Position numbers and translations under genes: made by a program | Virus record (IMG/VR): IMGVR_UViG_3300028394_003336 | Length of the DNA: 64,000 bases | Direction: 5' to 3' (one strand) | Source: a virus | Notes under the pieces: model-generated | Database searches by the model: none | Seen by the model: the letters and a program-made list of their open reading frames with translations, nothing else | What the model was told of the DNA's origin: nothing | Part shown: one piece after another, positions 48,519 through 57,585 of the stretch | Numbering within the stretch: the stretch's first letter is position 1 | Layout: the number at the start of each line of letters is the position of its first letter

Positions 48519-48903
48519 ATACTACTTTCTTTTCAAATTCTAAAATCAAATCTCTTTCGTAGAGTTTGTCTTTTATTTCTTGTTCTGTTGTACCAAATCT
48601 AAATACTAATCTTTTTTGACTTTCTTCTTCATCAGTTTCCCAGGCTAATGCAACGACATCATCAATTGCATCTATCATACAAAAAAAATCGGAGTTCTGA
48701 ATCAATTCCAACTTTACATCAGTATTTCTCAGAACTCCTACTTTTTTAATATATTTTAATTCAGGTGGTCCAGGATAACCATTACATGGTTTACTTTCCC
48801 AAGATTCTCCCCAAACATCTTCAGTATCAGAGAATATAAACTCGTAAAGATTGTCTCCCTTATAATTAGGCCCTAAACCATTTACGTAGATTAATTTACT
48901 CAT
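48508..48903 (-). CDS. Hypothetical protein
   Basis: 131-aa ORF overlapping its neighbours. Confidence 0.6.
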   Translation of the reverse strand: MSKLIYVNGLGPNYKGDNLYEFIFSDTEDVWGESWESKPCNGYPGPPELKYIKKVGVLRNTDVKLELIQNSDFFCMIDAIDDVVALAWETDEEESQKRLVFRFGTTEQEIKDKLYERDLILEFEKKVVYEN

Positions 48904-50126
48904 ACTAAAAATCCTTCAGGTGAAATTTTTACTTGTCTTCCTTTATTCTCAAACACCAAGTTTTTTTTGTTTGTTATTCCAACAACTTTAGCACTTCTAT
49001 TTTCTTCTAAAAATTTCTTTGACGCCAATTCTTGTTCAATTGTTTCAGTAAATTTTACAACTTCTTTCATTTGTCTTTTAACTTGAGAAATTTTTTGAAT
49101 TTGTTTTTGTGCATTTCTTTCTCTGTTTTCCAATATTTCTTTTTTTGTTACTTCAAAATATTTTGAAATTACTTTGTCAACTTTTGATTCACCGAAAATA
49201 TGGTCCATAATTGCACCATATGATGGAGTTTCTCTCATTTCACCTTCGGCAGGTACTTCAGCACTCATTTCAACATCCCCTTCAGGACCTTCAAAATCAG
49301 CAGTCATTTCCTCTTCACCACCAAAGTCAGAACCTTCTTCTCTTTCTTCAGCTTCTTCAAATTTACCCATAATGTCTTCTTTATCTTCTTCAGATAAATT
49401 TTTTAAATCTAAAGATGATAAAACCATATTGATAACATATTTGATATTTTCAGAAGTCATTCCTTCTTCGTTATCTAATGTTCTAATTTTTTGAGTCAAT
49501 TTACCTGTAAGTTTTTGAATTGATTTGAAAGTTACTTTTTCTTCCATATCTTGGCCTTCTTCAGAATCCATCCCCATATCTTCATCTCCTGGTTCCATTC
49601 CTAAGTCATCACCCATAGGTAATTCTTCTCCACCTTCTGGAGGTAAATCATCTCCCATTGGAGAAGGAGGTAGTTCTGGTGAAGGAACTGGAGGAGGTTC
49701 CATTGGAACTTCAGCAGCTGGTGCAGGTAGTTCTTCAGGTGCTGGTTTAGGTGTTTTTAAAACGAATTTTTTTTGTTCGCCGTATAAAGAAACACCTTCC
49801 TCATTTTCGTTTAAACGATTCAATTCACCCGCGAGTAAATTCATTCTTTTAAATGCTTGAGAATATGAAGAATAGTATTTTCTATTTTTCATTGGTTCAA
49901 TGTAATCAGTATCAGATTCTGAAATAGTTTTTTTAATGATATATCCTTGTCTTTCTTTAACAATTTGATAGTCATGTCCATCCGCTAAATTTACTGAATA
50001 TTCTTTTTTGGCAGTTTCATTTATTTTTTCAGGAATAACTTCGTTGAATCTTGCGATTTCCATTATTCTTTTCATTTTTTCTTGACCAGTCAGTTTTTCG
50101 CTTCCTATTGGTTTTAAGTCTCCCAT
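48900..50126 (-). CDS. Acidic Pro-rich protein (putative prohead core component)
   Basis: 408 aa; PPP/GD/EE low-complexity tracts; many (I/L)xE sites. Confidence 0.6.
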   Translation of the reverse strand: MGDLKPIGSEKLTGQEKMKRIMEIARFNEVIPEKINETAKKEYSVNLADGHDYQIVKERQGYIIKKTISESDTDYIEPMKNRKYYSSYSQAFKRMNLLAGELNRLNENEEGVSLYGEQKKFVLKTPKPAPEELPAPAAEVPMEPPPVPSPELPPSPMGDDLPPEGGEELPMGDDLGMEPGDEDMGMDSEEGQDMEEKVTFKSIQKLTGKLTQKIRTLDNEEGMTSENIKYVINMVLSSLDLKNLSEEDKEDIMGKFEEAEEREEGSDFGGEEEMTADFEGPEGDVEMSAEVPAEGEMRETPSYGAIMDHIFGESKVDKVISKYFEVTKKEILENRERNAQKQIQKISQVKRQMKEVVKFTETIEQELASKKFLEENRSAKVVGITNKKNLVFENKGRQVKISPEGFLV

Positions 50127-50145
50127 ATCTAAAAATTTATATTTT

Positions 50146-50985
50146 TTAATTATTTAATCCGTATTGTCCTCCAAGGGCAATTGCGTTTAGTTGTGTTACT
50201 TGTGTTGTAGTACCATCATTATTATCAGTTACATATTGAGCGTAAGGAACAACTGTACCTGGAGGTAATGTTCCACCACTAAATGAACCTAACATAGCCG
50301 CAGTATATTCATAAAATTCATTTACCGAAATACCACTATAGAATGGTGTTACACTTGGTGTTGGTGTGTTAGTTGGTGTTATTGGTGGTGTTTTTGTTGG
50401 TGTTGGCGTTGTTGTTTTTGTTGGTGTTACATTTGGTGTATCAGTTGGAGATGCGGTAATACTTGGTGTTACATTTGGTGTTCTCGTTTGTGTAGTGGTT
50501 ACACTTGGTGTTGGTGTTTTTGTTGGTGTTACATTTGGTGTATCTGTTGGAGATGCCGTAATACTTGGTGTTGGCGTATTAGTTGATGACGGAGTATCTG
50601 TTGGTGTTGCAGTTTGTGTTGGTGTCACATTTGGAGTATCTGTTGGTGTTGCAGTTTGTGTTGGTGTTACATTTGGAGTATCTGTTGGTGTTGGTGTTTG
50701 AGATTTAGTTGGTGTAGGAGTTGGTGTTTTTGTTACCGTTGGTGTTGGTGTTACAACTGCTAAACAAGTTGCACAATCCGTATAATCTACCGACATAGTT
50801 AATACAGTATCAGTACCTGTGTTAGGTTCTGCATTATCAATGATATCATAACATCCAGGTGTTGTACCACCAGTGAATGTCAAATAGTAATTTCCATTAA
50901 CCGCTGGTAATGATGAACTATTAAAGTCAACTAATATTGCGGGACCACCGCCACAATAACCTATAAGATATGTTACTAAAGCCAT
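50146..50985 (-). CDS. Thr/Pro-rich mucin-like protein
   Basis: ~135-aa TP tract between a Cys-containing N-domain (DCATC) and a short C-domain; TATTTAT 50999-51005. Confidence 0.75.
   Translation of the reverse strand: MALVTYLIGYCGGGPAILVDFNSSSLPAVNGNYYLTFTGGTTPGCYDIIDNAEPNTGTDTVLTMSVDYTDCATCLAVVTPTPTVTKTPTPTPTKSQTPTPTDTPNVTPTQTATPTDTPNVTPTQTATPTDTPSSTNTPTPSITASPTDTPNVTPTKTPTPSVTTTQTRTPNVTPSITASPTDTPNVTPTKTTTPTPTKTPPITPTNTPTPSVTPFYSGISVNEFYEYTAAMLGSFSGGTLPPGTVVPYAQYVTDNNDGTTTQVTQLNAIALGGQYGLNN
50591..50693. repeat. 42-bp tandem repeat (about 2.4 copies) encoding TPTDTPNVTPTQTA
   Basis: Near-identical units gtatctgttggtgttgcagtttgtgttggtgt(c/t)acatttgga. Confidence 0.75.
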
Positions 50986-51020
50986 CTATTTTTTCTTTAT
51001 AAATATACGATTATACCTAA

Positions 51021-51761
51021 TTATTTAAGTGTTTCTTGAATTTGTCTCTCTACAGTCAGCTCTTTATCCAAAGTTTTATTTAATCTGTCAAACAATTTTT
51101 GAATATGACCCGACCTCCTCAAGAATTTGAATACTAAATTTTCGTAAGAAAGTTCCCCGTCTTTCTCAAGACCTGAGTTTCTATATTCTTTTAATTTGGT
51201 TTTTAACAAGTCTAATTTTTTATTATCATCATCTTCAATCGCAGAATCAATCTTATCAGTCCAAGTTTTAATTTTCTGTTTTAAAACTTCTTGGTCTACC
51301 TGATTTTTCATTTTACTTGGCTCACTAATCCATTCATTATTCATAATTGAGAACACACCTGAACTATAATGTGATTCTTCAGTGTCTTGGGCATAAAGTT
51401 CAACATCGTATCCATAGATTTTGATGTCATGTTTGTCATTAAAGATTTGTTTCTTTAAATTATATAATTCTTTGTAAAGTTCTGAATCATCTTCATATTG
51501 TTGTAAATTAACATGTACGTGTAAATCAAAATCAGAAAATTCTGACCAATTGAAGTTAGCCAAAGAACCTGTTAATACAACATCTTCCACAAAAACATCT
51601 TCTCCAAGATAATCAATGAATTCCTCAGCAATCTTTAAAAGAGCCTTTCTAACTTTTGGAATTATTGTTGCCTTGTTAGGATTTGCAGGGTTTTCCCAAA
51701 CTTTTGGATTTAAAGTTTCTTTAACGGAAAAACTATCAAGGATTTTTTGAAAATTACTCAT
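51021..51761 (-). CDS. Pol-beta-superfamily nucleotidyltransferase
   Basis: LTGS.ANFNWS..SD.DLH plus downstream DVELY; TATTTAT 51767-51773. Confidence 0.75.
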   Translation of the reverse strand: MSNFQKILDSFSVKETLNPKVWENPANPNKATIIPKVRKALLKIAEEFIDYLGEDVFVEDVVLTGSLANFNWSEFSDFDLHVHVNLQQYEDDSELYKELYNLKKQIFNDKHDIKIYGYDVELYAQDTEESHYSSGVFSIMNNEWISEPSKMKNQVDQEVLKQKIKTWTDKIDSAIEDDDNKKLDLLKTKLKEYRNSGLEKDGELSYENLVFKFLRRSGHIQKLFDRLNKTLDKELTVERQIQETLK

Positions 51762-51773
51762 CCTTAATAAATA

Positions 51774-52016
51774 CTACAGTTTCTTATACTTATACTTTTT
51801 TGAAATATCGGTTGTAAAATACTTTCCTTGAGATTCGGATTTTCTGAATGCTGTGTAGGCTTGGTGTGGAACTGATTCATATTCGTATCTGTGTCCATTA
51901 TTAAACTCAACAATTAACTTACTTGTTTCAGTATCGTATTCAGTTTTCTTTATGTTTGAAGATTTTATTTCATTGATAATCTTCGTTCCTTTGATTTCTT
52001 CTTTAGTTATTCCCAT
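51774..52016 (-). CDS. KTSC-domain protein
   Basis: SSNI....YD.....L.VEF.NG..YEY..VP...Y..F....S.GKYF. Confidence 0.85.
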   Translation of the reverse strand: MGITKEEIKGTKIINEIKSSNIKKTEYDTETSKLIVEFNNGHRYEYESVPHQAYTAFRKSESQGKYFTTDISKKYKYKKL

Positions 52017-52305
52017 CTTTTAAAGGTGTTAATTCATCAATTTTATTTAATAACGGTTGGATGTATTCAGTTAACTCACCCTGGTGTATTTCAAAACCAT
52101 AATCCTTAATTTGTTTAAATAAAGCATTTTTCTTGTTAATGAACTTTTCACGTAATGTCATCATCTTAAACGTAGGGTTCATAACCCTCTCCAATTGTTC
52201 TTGACTAAATCCCTCCTCTTGTAAATGAGTTCTTAACTCAAGATAATTATCCAAAAGTTCTCTTAAGGTTAAACTACTCTCCAAAAATTTTTCAAATGGT
52301 TTCAT
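52003..52305 (-). CDS. Hypothetical protein
   Basis: Start revised to ATG 52305 (MKPFEKFLES), just downstream of TATTTAT 52311-52317 and the terminator. Confidence 0.6.
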   Translation of the reverse strand: MKPFEKFLESSLTLRELLDNYLELRTHLQEEGFSQEQLERVMNPTFKMMTLREKFINKKNALFKQIKDYGFEIHQGELTEYIQPLLNKIDELTPLKDGNN

Positions 52306-52317
52306 ATAATATAAATA

Positions 52318-52347
52318 CAAAACCCCCACCAAAATGATGAGGGTTTG
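52318..52347 (-). terminator. Terminator after hsp20
   Basis: CAAAACCC...GGGTTTG imperfect hairpin. Confidence 0.45.
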
Positions 52348-52365
52348 TAAATCCACGGAATTTAA

Positions 52366-52752
52366 TTATAGAATACTAATTCTTTTCTTCTCTTGTTTTT
52401 TGAAGTTTGGAACAAATACGGTTAAAAGACCGTCTTCTATTGTTGCCTCTACAGACTCAGGATTATAACCATCACCAATAGTAAATTTCTTAGATATTGA
52501 TTTGGTTCTTGATTCTCCTTTCATTTTATATGTTCTTTCTCCTTCAATGTGTAGAACACCGTCTTCCATTTCTACTTTTAGATTTGTTTTATTAAATCCT
52601 GGCGCTTCAAAGAAAAGATACGCTCCGTCATTTGTGTAATCAACTTCATACTTATCATCTGTATCACTTGTTGTAGTTTTTTTATAATACGGATAAGTCG
52701 GAATTTCTCCAAAGAATTTGTCAAATAAATCATTTGCATTTCTGTAAATCAT
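52366..52752 (-). CDS. Small heat-shock protein (Hsp20/alpha-crystallin)
   Basis: EAPGF.K..LKV..EDG.L.I.GER and A..EDGLL.V.VP. Confidence 0.9.
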   Translation of the reverse strand: MIYRNANDLFDKFFGEIPTYPYYKKTTTSDTDDKYEVDYTNDGAYLFFEAPGFNKTNLKVEMEDGVLHIEGERTYKMKGESRTKSISKKFTIGDGYNPESVEATIEDGLLTVFVPNFKKQEKKRISIL

Positions 52753-52850
52753 AATTTTTTAGTTTTTTAAAATTTATTATTTATATTTGTAATAATCAAG
52801 TTTGATGCCGCTGAAACTTACCTGTAATTATTTCAGTTCTTTTCTTAACA

Positions 52851-52897
52851 ATATGTCATTATGACATATAAAAAAAATAAATCCTGACAATTTGTCA
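52851..52897. promoter_or_regulatory. Paired TG(A/T)CA-N3-TG(A/T)CA palindromes (putative operator) between divergent hsp20 and clpC
   Basis: ATATGTCAT-T-ATGACATAT (52851-52869) and TGACAA-T-TTGTCA (52885-52897). Confidence 0.55.
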
Positions 52898-52902
52898 AAT
52901 TA

Positions 52903-52934
52903 TTTGGCGGTGTATGAAATTTGACACATCTTTG
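52903..52934 (+). promoter_or_regulatory. Bacteroidota-type promoter for clpC (one mismatch)
   Basis: TTTG-N20-CATCTTTG. Confidence 0.55.
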
Positions 52935-52950
52935 TAAAAATTATTTAATT

Positions 52951-54963
52951 ATGCACGATATCATGGACGACGACGACAAAATGAGTAAAAAACAAAAACA
53001 GTCTTCTGACAGCAATACTCCTGTCTTGGACAACTTCAGTAGAGATTTAAATAAACTTGCCGCTGAAGGTAAATTAGACCCTGTCATCGGACGTGACAGA
53101 GAGATTTTAAGAATCGCTCAAATTCTATCTCGTAGAAAAAAGAATAACCCAATTATTATTGGTGAACCTGGTTGTGGTAAGACTGCAATTGTAGATGGTT
53201 TGGCAATGAAAATTGTAAGCGGGGAATGTCCTCGTAATTTAGTTGATAAAAGAATCGTAAACCTTGATTTGACTTCAGTGGTTGCTGGTACAAAATACCG
53301 TGGTCAGTTTGAAGAAAGAATGAAGGTGATTATTGAAGAACTTCATGCTAATCCAAACATCATTGTATTCATTGATGAGATTCATACCTTGGTGGGTTCT
53401 GGTAACTCAGCTGGTTCAATGGATGGTTCTAATATCTTTAAACCCGCATTATCTCGCGGTGAACTTCAATGTATTGGTGCTACCACATTGGATGAATTCA
53501 GAAAAAATATTGAAAAGGATGGAGCTCTTGAGCGTAGATTCCAAAAGGTTATGGTTGAACCATCTTCTGTGGTGGAGACAATTCAAATCCTAAAGAACAT
53601 TCGTGAGAAATATGAAAGCTTCCATAAAGTTGTCTATTCAGACGAGGTTATTGAATCTTGTGTAAAATTAGCTGACCGTTATATTACAGATAGAGAATTC
53701 CCTGATAAGGCGTTTGATATTATGGATGAGGTTGGAGCTCGTATGCAAACTGAACTAAAGGTACCCGAAGCAATTGAAGAATTGAAGAAGAAAGCTGCAG
53801 AAATTCGTGAACAAAAAGTTGATGTTGTTAAGAAACAAAACTACGAACAAGCTGCTCAGTTAAGAGATAAGGAAAAAAAGTTATTAGACAAACTTGAAAT
53901 AGAAAAAAGAAAGTTTGAAGACGAACTTCAAAAAGACAAACAAATCATTTCTCTTGAGGATGTTTATGATGTGGTTTCCAATATGACTAAAATCCCTGTT
54001 AATAAAATGAGTGTTGATGATGCAAAAGCATTAATCAACTTGGATAAAGAATTAATCGGTAAGGTTATTGGTCAAGATGCTGCGGTTGTTAAAATTGCGA
54101 AAGCAATCAAAAGAAACAGATTGGGTATTAAAGACCCGAACCGTCCAATTGGTTCATTTGTATTTCTTGGTTCAACAGGTGTTGGTAAGACTCACTTGGC
54201 CAAACAATTAGCAAAAGAAATGTTTGGCTCTGAAGATTCACTTATCCGTGTGGATATGTCTGAATACCAAGAGAAACATACTGTATCTAAATTGGTGGGA
54301 GCTCCTCCAGGTTATGTTGGATATGAAGAAGGTGGTCAGTTGACTGAAAAGGTTAAGAATAAACCATATTCTGTTATTTTATTTGATGAGGTTGAAAAGG
54401 CTCACAAAGACGTATTCACTGTGTTACTTCAAATCTTAGATGATGGTCACGTAACAGATAGTTTAGGTCGTAAGATTAACTTCAAGAATACCTTAATCAT
54501 CTTAACATCAAACTTAGGTGTTAAAAAATTACAAGACTTCGGTACAGGTATTGGTTTTTCCTCTAACTCTTACAGTAATGATGAGGCTAAGAAACAAGTA
54601 TTAATGAAAGAGATGAAAAATTTCTTCTCTCCTGAGTTCTTGAACCGTATTGATGATACAATTGTATTCAATTCTTTAACTCCTGAAGACATCAAGAAAA
54701 TAACTGATATTGAATTGAAGAAATTAGTAACTCGTTTGAAAGATATGAAATACGGAATTTCTTATGATGAGACTTTGGTTGAATACTTAGCTAAAATTGG
54801 ATTTGATGAGTTATACGGAGCTCGACCTTTGAAAAGAGCAATACAAGACAAAGTTGAGGATTTGTTGTCTGAAGAAGTTTTAACAGGTAAGATGATTGAA
54901 GGTAAATCCTACAACATCAAGGTTGAAAATGAGGAGATTAAAATTGTGAAGAAAGGTAAATAA
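52951..54963 (+). CDS. clpC: ClpC-type AAA+ unfoldase lacking the N-terminal Clp-repeat domain
   Basis: GEPGCGKT/FIDEIH and GSTGVGKT/LFDEVEK ATPase modules, short UVR-type middle domain (YEQAAQLRD), GIGF ClpP-docking loop; start ATG 52951. Confidence 0.9.
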   Translation: MHDIMDDDDKMSKKQKQSSDSNTPVLDNFSRDLNKLAAEGKLDPVIGRDREILRIAQILSRRKKNNPIIIGEPGCGKTAIVDGLAMKIVSGECPRNLVDKRIVNLDLTSVVAGTKYRGQFEERMKVIIEELHANPNIIVFIDEIHTLVGSGNSAGSMDGSNIFKPALSRGELQCIGATTLDEFRKNIEKDGALERRFQKVMVEPSSVVETIQILKNIREKYESFHKVVYSDEVIESCVKLADRYITDREFPDKAFDIMDEVGARMQTELKVPEAIEELKKKAAEIREQKVDVVKKQNYEQAAQLRDKEKKLLDKLEIEKRKFEDELQKDKQIISLEDVYDVVSNMTKIPVNKMSVDDAKALINLDKELIGKVIGQDAAVVKIAKAIKRNRLGIKDPNRPIGSFVFLGSTGVGKTHLAKQLAKEMFGSEDSLIRVDMSEYQEKHTVSKLVGAPPGYVGYEEGGQLTEKVKNKPYSVILFDEVEKAHKDVFTVLLQILDDGHVTDSLGRKINFKNTLIILTSNLGVKKLQDFGTGIGFSSNSYSNDEAKKQVLMKEMKNFFSPEFLNRIDDTIVFNSLTPEDIKKITDIELKKLVTRLKDMKYGISYDETLVEYLAKIGFDELYGARPLKRAIQDKVEDLLSEEVLTGKMIEGKSYNIKVENEEIKIVKKGK

Positions 54964-54965
54964 AT

Positions 54966-54992
54966 AAAAGGGGGAGAAATCCCCCTTTTTTT
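54966..54992 (+). terminator. Intrinsic terminator
   Basis: AAAAGGGGGA-gaaa-TCCCCCTTTTTTT. Confidence 0.85.
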
Positions 54993-55004
54993 GTATTTAT
55001 AAAA

Positions 55005-55646
55005 GTGAGAGACTTAATAAGAAAAATTTTAACTGAAGAACAAACTCAATCTAATCTAGACAGAGTCATAGACTCTTTAGGTAACGGAATTGATTCTGAG
55101 TTACTTAATAGAATAAAACATTACATTAAGTCATACATTCAAGATAGGGGGTACACCGTAAAATTTTTAAATTCCTGTTCAACAGGGTTTTCAGGTGTTA
55201 GAACTAAAAAACAAGTGATAATTTGTTCACCAATGACTATGAGTTCTATTGGTGATTTCATTTACACAATTTTCCACGAATTAAGGCATGAAGACCAAAT
55301 GACAACACTTCAAATGGAAAATCCATTAACCGATATGGATTTAGAAGATTTTGAAGAACTTTCAGAACAATACTGGAACATGGAAATGGATGCTGACACA
55401 TCAGCAAAAAAAGAAGTGGCGAAAATGATATTAGATTTAGGTATCCCAATTAAAGAAGCGAAACAAAATTTCAGATTAGCTCAACATATTGAAAATTACC
55501 AATATTCAAGTAATTTAGTAAAAGCCTACATCCAACGTTTAGTAATGGATATTATCCGCATGAAAAAGGATGGTGTTGAATTTACTGACATCCAAGACCA
55601 TCCTTTTGTTAAAAGACATTTAGATAAACTAGAAGAGTTTATTTAA
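55005..55646 (+). CDS. HExxH zincin-like metallopeptidase-type protein with N-terminal leader
   Basis: IFHELRH..Q...E.DA; MRDLIRKILTEE leader; TATTTAT 54994-55000. Confidence 0.55.
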   Translation: MRDLIRKILTEEQTQSNLDRVIDSLGNGIDSELLNRIKHYIKSYIQDRGYTVKFLNSCSTGFSGVRTKKQVIICSPMTMSSIGDFIYTIFHELRHEDQMTTLQMENPLTDMDLEDFEELSEQYWNMEMDADTSAKKEVAKMILDLGIPIKEAKQNFRLAQHIENYQYSSNLVKAYIQRLVMDIIRMKKDGVEFTDIQDHPFVKRHLDKLEEFI

Positions 55647-56485
55647 AAAATAAATCTACTCTGTTGGTTATAAATTTTAGCCTCTTTATAGTGTAATTTA
55701 TACCCTAATTTTTCAATCATTTTTTTACCCATACTGATTCCGTTGAAAACATCTTCAACAACGACATATTCATTTTTTGTATGATAGTTGTAATATCCGA
55801 TTGAGAAATTAATACAAGAAAAATCAAACTTACCTCTTAATGAATAAACGTCAGTATACGGATGAACCATATATTGCATACGTTCATTGTCCATACCTTC
55901 TGTTAAGATTTCATCAACAGTACTGAAGAATTCAGAATCTCTATCAAATAATATTTGACCAAAACATTTTTCAGTAATCATCCAGTTTTCAGGGGCGTCA
56001 AATTGAATTGCATAACCGACATTTTGGAAAAATTCTTCGTTAGCTTTTTTGGACCCGTGACAACCAGTTTCTTCCGATACGAAAAATGCCGCTTTCAAAT
56101 ATGGTAATTCTTTCAATAAAGTTAAACATCCAAAAACACCACATTTGTCATCACCACCAATACCTGTCGCGTGACCGAAGTCATTATATGCTTTATAGGA
56201 TAACTTTGTTTCTCCTTGAGCATTTGGAAGGTATTCTTCCGCAATATTGATTGTATCAATTTCGTGAACAGTATCTGTATGTGAAATCACACACGGGAAA
56301 TAAAAGTCAGGAGCAATTAATGGTGATTCCTGCTTGGTGGCATAAACGTTCTTGAATTCATCAACATAGAATTCAATATTGTTTTCAGTCAACCAATTTT
56401 TTAGGAATTCAACCATAAGGTCTTCCTGATACGTTTTAGTTGGAACACTTAGAACGTCTTTAAGTAATTGTAGATTTTGTGTCAT
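55643..56485 (-). CDS. M20/M28-family Zn peptidase
   Basis: SHTDTV, GGDDKCG, EETG, QFD and YH metal ligands; start ATG 56485. Confidence 0.8.
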   Translation of the reverse strand: MTQNLQLLKDVLSVPTKTYQEDLMVEFLKNWLTENNIEFYVDEFKNVYATKQESPLIAPDFYFPCVISHTDTVHEIDTINIAEEYLPNAQGETKLSYKAYNDFGHATGIGGDDKCGVFGCLTLLKELPYLKAAFFVSEETGCHGSKKANEEFFQNVGYAIQFDAPENWMITEKCFGQILFDRDSEFFSTVDEILTEGMDNERMQYMVHPYTDVYSLRGKFDFSCINFSIGYYNYHTKNEYVVVEDVFNGISMGKKMIEKLGYKLHYKEAKIYNQQSRFIF

Positions 56486-56490
56486 AAACA

Positions 56491-56522
56491 CAAAGATAAG
56501 AAAAAATTAGATTTCTTCCAAA
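56491..56522 (-). promoter_or_regulatory. Bacteroidota-type housekeeping sigma promoter
   Basis: Minus strand TTTG-N20-TATCTTTG. Confidence 0.7.
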
Positions 56523-57547
56523 TTAAATAATGTGGGCTGATAAAGTAGATAATAGAAATTCTCCTCAGTCAATTTCAATGTTCTTTGTTTTAACTCTTTT
56601 GAAAGTTTAACAATAACCTTATTTGGGTTCATTTCAAAATTTTCAATATAAAATCTAACATCTTTCTTTTTAGGTAAAGTGTGCCATTTACCAACTTCAA
56701 ATTTCTTGCCAACCCTATCTACCATATCAAGATATTCTTGCATACTGAAATCACCGTTTCCACCATCTTCAATCTTTTCAATTATATCATCTAATTTACG
56801 TCCAACATAATTGTTGAATGAATCACTATCAAATTTTTCAGAATCTTGATATTCATAACTATTCTCTTGCCATCCACCTATTGAAGATTTACTTGAACTG
56901 AAAATTTTAGGTAGTAATTCCGCAATTGGTACATGTACCATATTTTCCTTAATATACCACATTACAAGATTTGCAATAGTTGTTGTAAATTCGTCATCAG
57001 CAACATAGGTAAATCCAAAATCATTAAAATAGTCATTTAACTCTTTTTCAATTCTTTCTTGAGCAACTTGGGTCATTTCCCTATTTTTTTCGGTATGATA
57101 ATCGTCAAGAATATCTTGGGTTTCATTTTTAAATGAGGATAATAATTTTTTTGATAAATCTGACCTGAACTCATCATTTTCCAAATCAAACTTTTTTGGG
57201 AAAATGTATCTTGATATTTGTTTTAACTTTTCAATATTGTCCTCATTTAATTCATAAAAAATGATGTACCCATTTTCAAAGTCCTCTTTAACACTAGACG
57301 AATCAATAAAGTCATAATCTGAATAATACGAATTAATCATTTTCATAAACCAAACATCATCTTCGTGTAAACCTACTCTGTCCCAAAATTTCTTATCGTT
57401 AAACCCTAGTTTAACAACACTTTGTCCACGGTTAGACCTATCTTCTCTAACATGATAGATGTCTGAGTCAGAATCTTCTAATTCCCCTTTTTGAATTTTA
57501 CCTCTAACGTAATCCTTCAAAGCCATAAAAGTATCGTATGATGCCAT
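56507..57547 (-). CDS. Hypothetical acidic protein
   Basis: 346-aa ORF; TATTTAT 57555-57561. Confidence 0.6.
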   Translation of the reverse strand: MASYDTFMALKDYVRGKIQKGELEDSDSDIYHVREDRSNRGQSVVKLGFNDKKFWDRVGLHEDDVWFMKMINSYYSDYDFIDSSSVKEDFENGYIIFYELNEDNIEKLKQISRYIFPKKFDLENDEFRSDLSKKLLSSFKNETQDILDDYHTEKNREMTQVAQERIEKELNDYFNDFGFTYVADDEFTTTIANLVMWYIKENMVHVPIAELLPKIFSSSKSSIGGWQENSYEYQDSEKFDSDSFNNYVGRKLDDIIEKIEDGGNGDFSMQEYLDMVDRVGKKFEVGKWHTLPKKKDVRFYIENFEMNPNKVIVKLSKELKQRTLKLTEENFYYLLYQPTLFNLEEI

Positions 57548-57585
57548 ATTGTTTATAAATACTTAAAATATTCTATATTTTTCAC

